Shown in pieces: positions 61,801 to 64,000 of a stretch of DNA of 64,000 nucleotides (its first letter is position 1; the number at the start of each line of letters is the position of its first letter). This DNA comes from Eledone cirrhosa. Lineage: Eukaryota. A model generated the notes under the pieces. It saw only the letters and a list, made by a program, of their open reading frames with translations. It did not search any database and had not been told where the DNA came from. The position numbers were made by a program, and so were the translations under genes. The DNA lies in assembly GCA_964016885.1 (NCBI GenBank), contig OZ024744.1:64418001-64482000 (forward strand). Direction: 5' to 3'.

Positions 61801-64000
61801 AGAGACGAATAGGTTCGGGTTGGTTTTATCTTAAACAGAGAGGAATAGGTTAGGGTTGTTGTTATCTTAAACTGAGAGAACTAGGTCAGGGTTGTTGTCA
61901 TTTTAAACTGAGAGATAACTAGGTCAGGGTTGTGGTCCTCTTAAACAGAGAGAGGACTAGTTCCGAGTTGTTGTCATCTTAAACAGAGAGAAGTAGGTGA
62001 GAGTTGTTGTTATCTTAAACTGAGAGAGAACTAGGTCAGGGTTGTTGTTATCTTAAACAGAGAGAAGACTAGGGTAGGGTTGTGGTCATCTTAAACTGAG
62101 AGAGGACTAGGTTAGGGTTGTGGTCCTCTTAAACAGAGAGAGTACTAGGTTAGGGTAGTTGTCATCTTAAACTGAGAGGACTAGGTCAGAGTTGTTGTTA
62201 TCTTAAACTGAGAGATAACTAGGTCAGGGTTCTTGCTATCTTAAACAGAGAGAGAACTAGGTCAGGGTTGTTGTTATCTTAAACAGAGAGAAGATAAGGG
62301 TAGGGTTGTGGTCATCTTAAACTGAGAGAGGACTAGGTTAGGGTTGTGGTCCTCTTAAACAGAGAGAGGACTAGGTTAGGGTTGTTGTTATCTTAAACAT
62401 AGAGAGGACTAGGTTAGGGTTGTTGTCATCTTAAACTAAGAGAGGACTAGGTTAGGGTAGTTGTTATGTTAAACTCAGAGAGAATTAGGTCAGGGTTGTT
62501 GTTATCTTAAACAGAGAGAGAACTAGGTCAGGTTTGTTGTTATCTTAAACAGAGAGAGGAATAGGTTAGGGTTGGTGTTATCTTAAACACAGAGAGGACT
62601 AGGTTAGGGTTGTTGTTATTTTAAACTGAGAGAGGAATAGGTTAGGGTTGGTGTCATCTTAAACAGAGAGAGAACTAGGTTAGTGTTGTTGTTATCTTAA
62701 ACTGAGAGAGGACTAGTTTAGGGTTGTTGTTATCTTAAACTGAGAGGAAACTAGGTTACAGTTGTTGTCATCTTAAACAGAGAGAGGACTAGGTCAGGGT
62801 TGTTGTCATCTTAAACAGAAAGAGGACTAGATTAGGGTTGTTGTCATCTTAAACTGCGAGAGGACTAGGTTAGGGTAAATGTTATCTTGAACTGAGAGAG
62901 AACTAGGTCAGGGTTGTTGTTACCTTAAACTGAGAGAGGACTAGGTCAGAGTTGTTGCTATCTTAAACAGAGAGAGGACTAGGTTCGGGTTGTTGTCATC
63001 TTAAACTGAGAGAGGACTAGGTTAGGGTAATTGTTATCTTAAACTGAGAGAGAACTAGGTCAGGGTTGTTGTCATCTTAAACTGAGAGAGAACTAGGTCA
63101 GGGTTGTTGTCATCTTAAACTGAGAGGAAACTAGGTTTGGGTTGTTATCTTAAACAGAGAGAGGACTAGGTTAGGGTTGTTGTTATCTAAAACCGAGAGT
63201 GGACTAGGTTAGGGTAGTTGTCATCTTAAACTGAGAGAGGACTAGGTTAGGGTAATTGTTATTTTAAACTGAGAGGAGACTAGGTTAGGTTTGTTATCTT
63301 AAACTGAGAGAGGACTAGGTTAGAGTTGTTGTTATCTTAAACTTGGAAAAAAAACTAGGTCAGGGTTGTTGCTATCTTAAACACAAAGAGGACTAGGTTA
63401 GGGTTGTTATTTTAAACTGAAAGAGGACTAGATTAGGCTAATTGCTATCTTAAACAGAGAACTAGGTCAGGGTTGTGTTTATCTTACACTTAGAGATAAC
63501 TAGGTCAGGGAGTTGTTACCTTAAACTGAGAGAGGACTAGGTCAGGGTTGTTGTCATCTTAAACAGAGAGGACTAGGTCACGGTTGTTGTTATCTTAAAC
63601 AGAGAACTAGGTCAGGGTTATTATCATCTTAAACAGAGAGAGGACTAGCTTAGGGTAGTTGTTATCTTAAACTGAGAGAGGACTAGGTTAGGGTAGTTGT
63701 TATCTTAAACTGAGAGAGAACTAGGTCAGGGTTGTTGTTATCTTAAACTGAGAGAGTACTAGGTTAGGGTAGTTGTTATCTTAAACTGAGAGAGGACTAG
63801 GTTAGGGTAGTTGTTATCTTAAACTGAGAGAGGACTAGGTTAGGGTAGTTGTTACCTTAAACTGAGAGAGGACTAGGTTAGGGTTGTTGTTATCTTAAAC
63901 AGAGAGAGAGGACTAGGTTAGGGTAGTTGTCATCTTAAACAGAGAGGAGACTAGGTTAGGGTTGTTGTCATCTTAAACTGAGAGAGGACTAGGTCAGGGT
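28820..64000 (+). repeat. 38-bp tandem satellite array (>35 kb, roughly 900+ monomers, runs off the window) containing TTAGGG/TCAGGG
   Basis: Continuous monomers of consensus CTTAAACTGAGAGAGGACTAGGTTAGGGTTGTTGTTAT (38 bp), with shorter variants from GA or GTT slippage. No ORFs of 60 aa or more in the track, and no visible TE insertions. Confidence 0.98.

Noticed and set aside
28820-64000. CRISPR array or coding tandem repeat
   Set aside because: There are no unique spacers and no cas genes, and the context is eukaryotic. The 38-bp unit is not a multiple of 3 and contains stops (TAA/TAG/TGA).
28820-64000. Hammerhead ribozyme satellite (CTGAGAG...GTC)
   Set aside because: CTGAGAG does not fit CUGANGA, GAAA is absent from the consensus, and the required stems cannot form.
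28820-64000. True telomerase-synthesised telomere tract
   Set aside because: There are no consecutive TTAGGG units. Kb-scale duplicated variant patterns indicate recombinational copying rather than templated addition.

Overview
AT-rich, microsatellite-rich animal DNA. The repeat families look cephalopod/octopus-like, which is an inference from recalled repeat sequences and was not searched. No intact host gene is recognisable. Bases 1-28.8 kb are a dense, nested transposon graveyard. They contain a 5'-truncated Penelope-like element (YRDD RT + GIY-YIG) with an inverted pseudo-LTR, and each pLTR copy carries a minimal type I hammerhead ribozyme. They also contain several RTE-clade LINE fragments (one family with a Cys/His finger after the RT core), L1/Tx1- and CRE-like 3' fragments, tRNA-derived SINEs, piggyBac-, hAT- and Tc2-like MITEs, a Helentron/DINE-like element and a 1.08-kb near-perfect palindrome. 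From about 28,820 to the window end (>35 kb) is an uninterrupted 38-bp satellite, CTTAAAC(T/A)GAGAGAG(G/A)ACTAGGT(T/C)AGGGTTGTTGT(T/C)AT. It carries one TTAGGG/TCAGGG per monomer, is G-rich on the + strand and is organised into layered kb-scale higher-order repeats. It is a candidate subtelomeric (or centromeric) array. Most listed ORFs are spurious.
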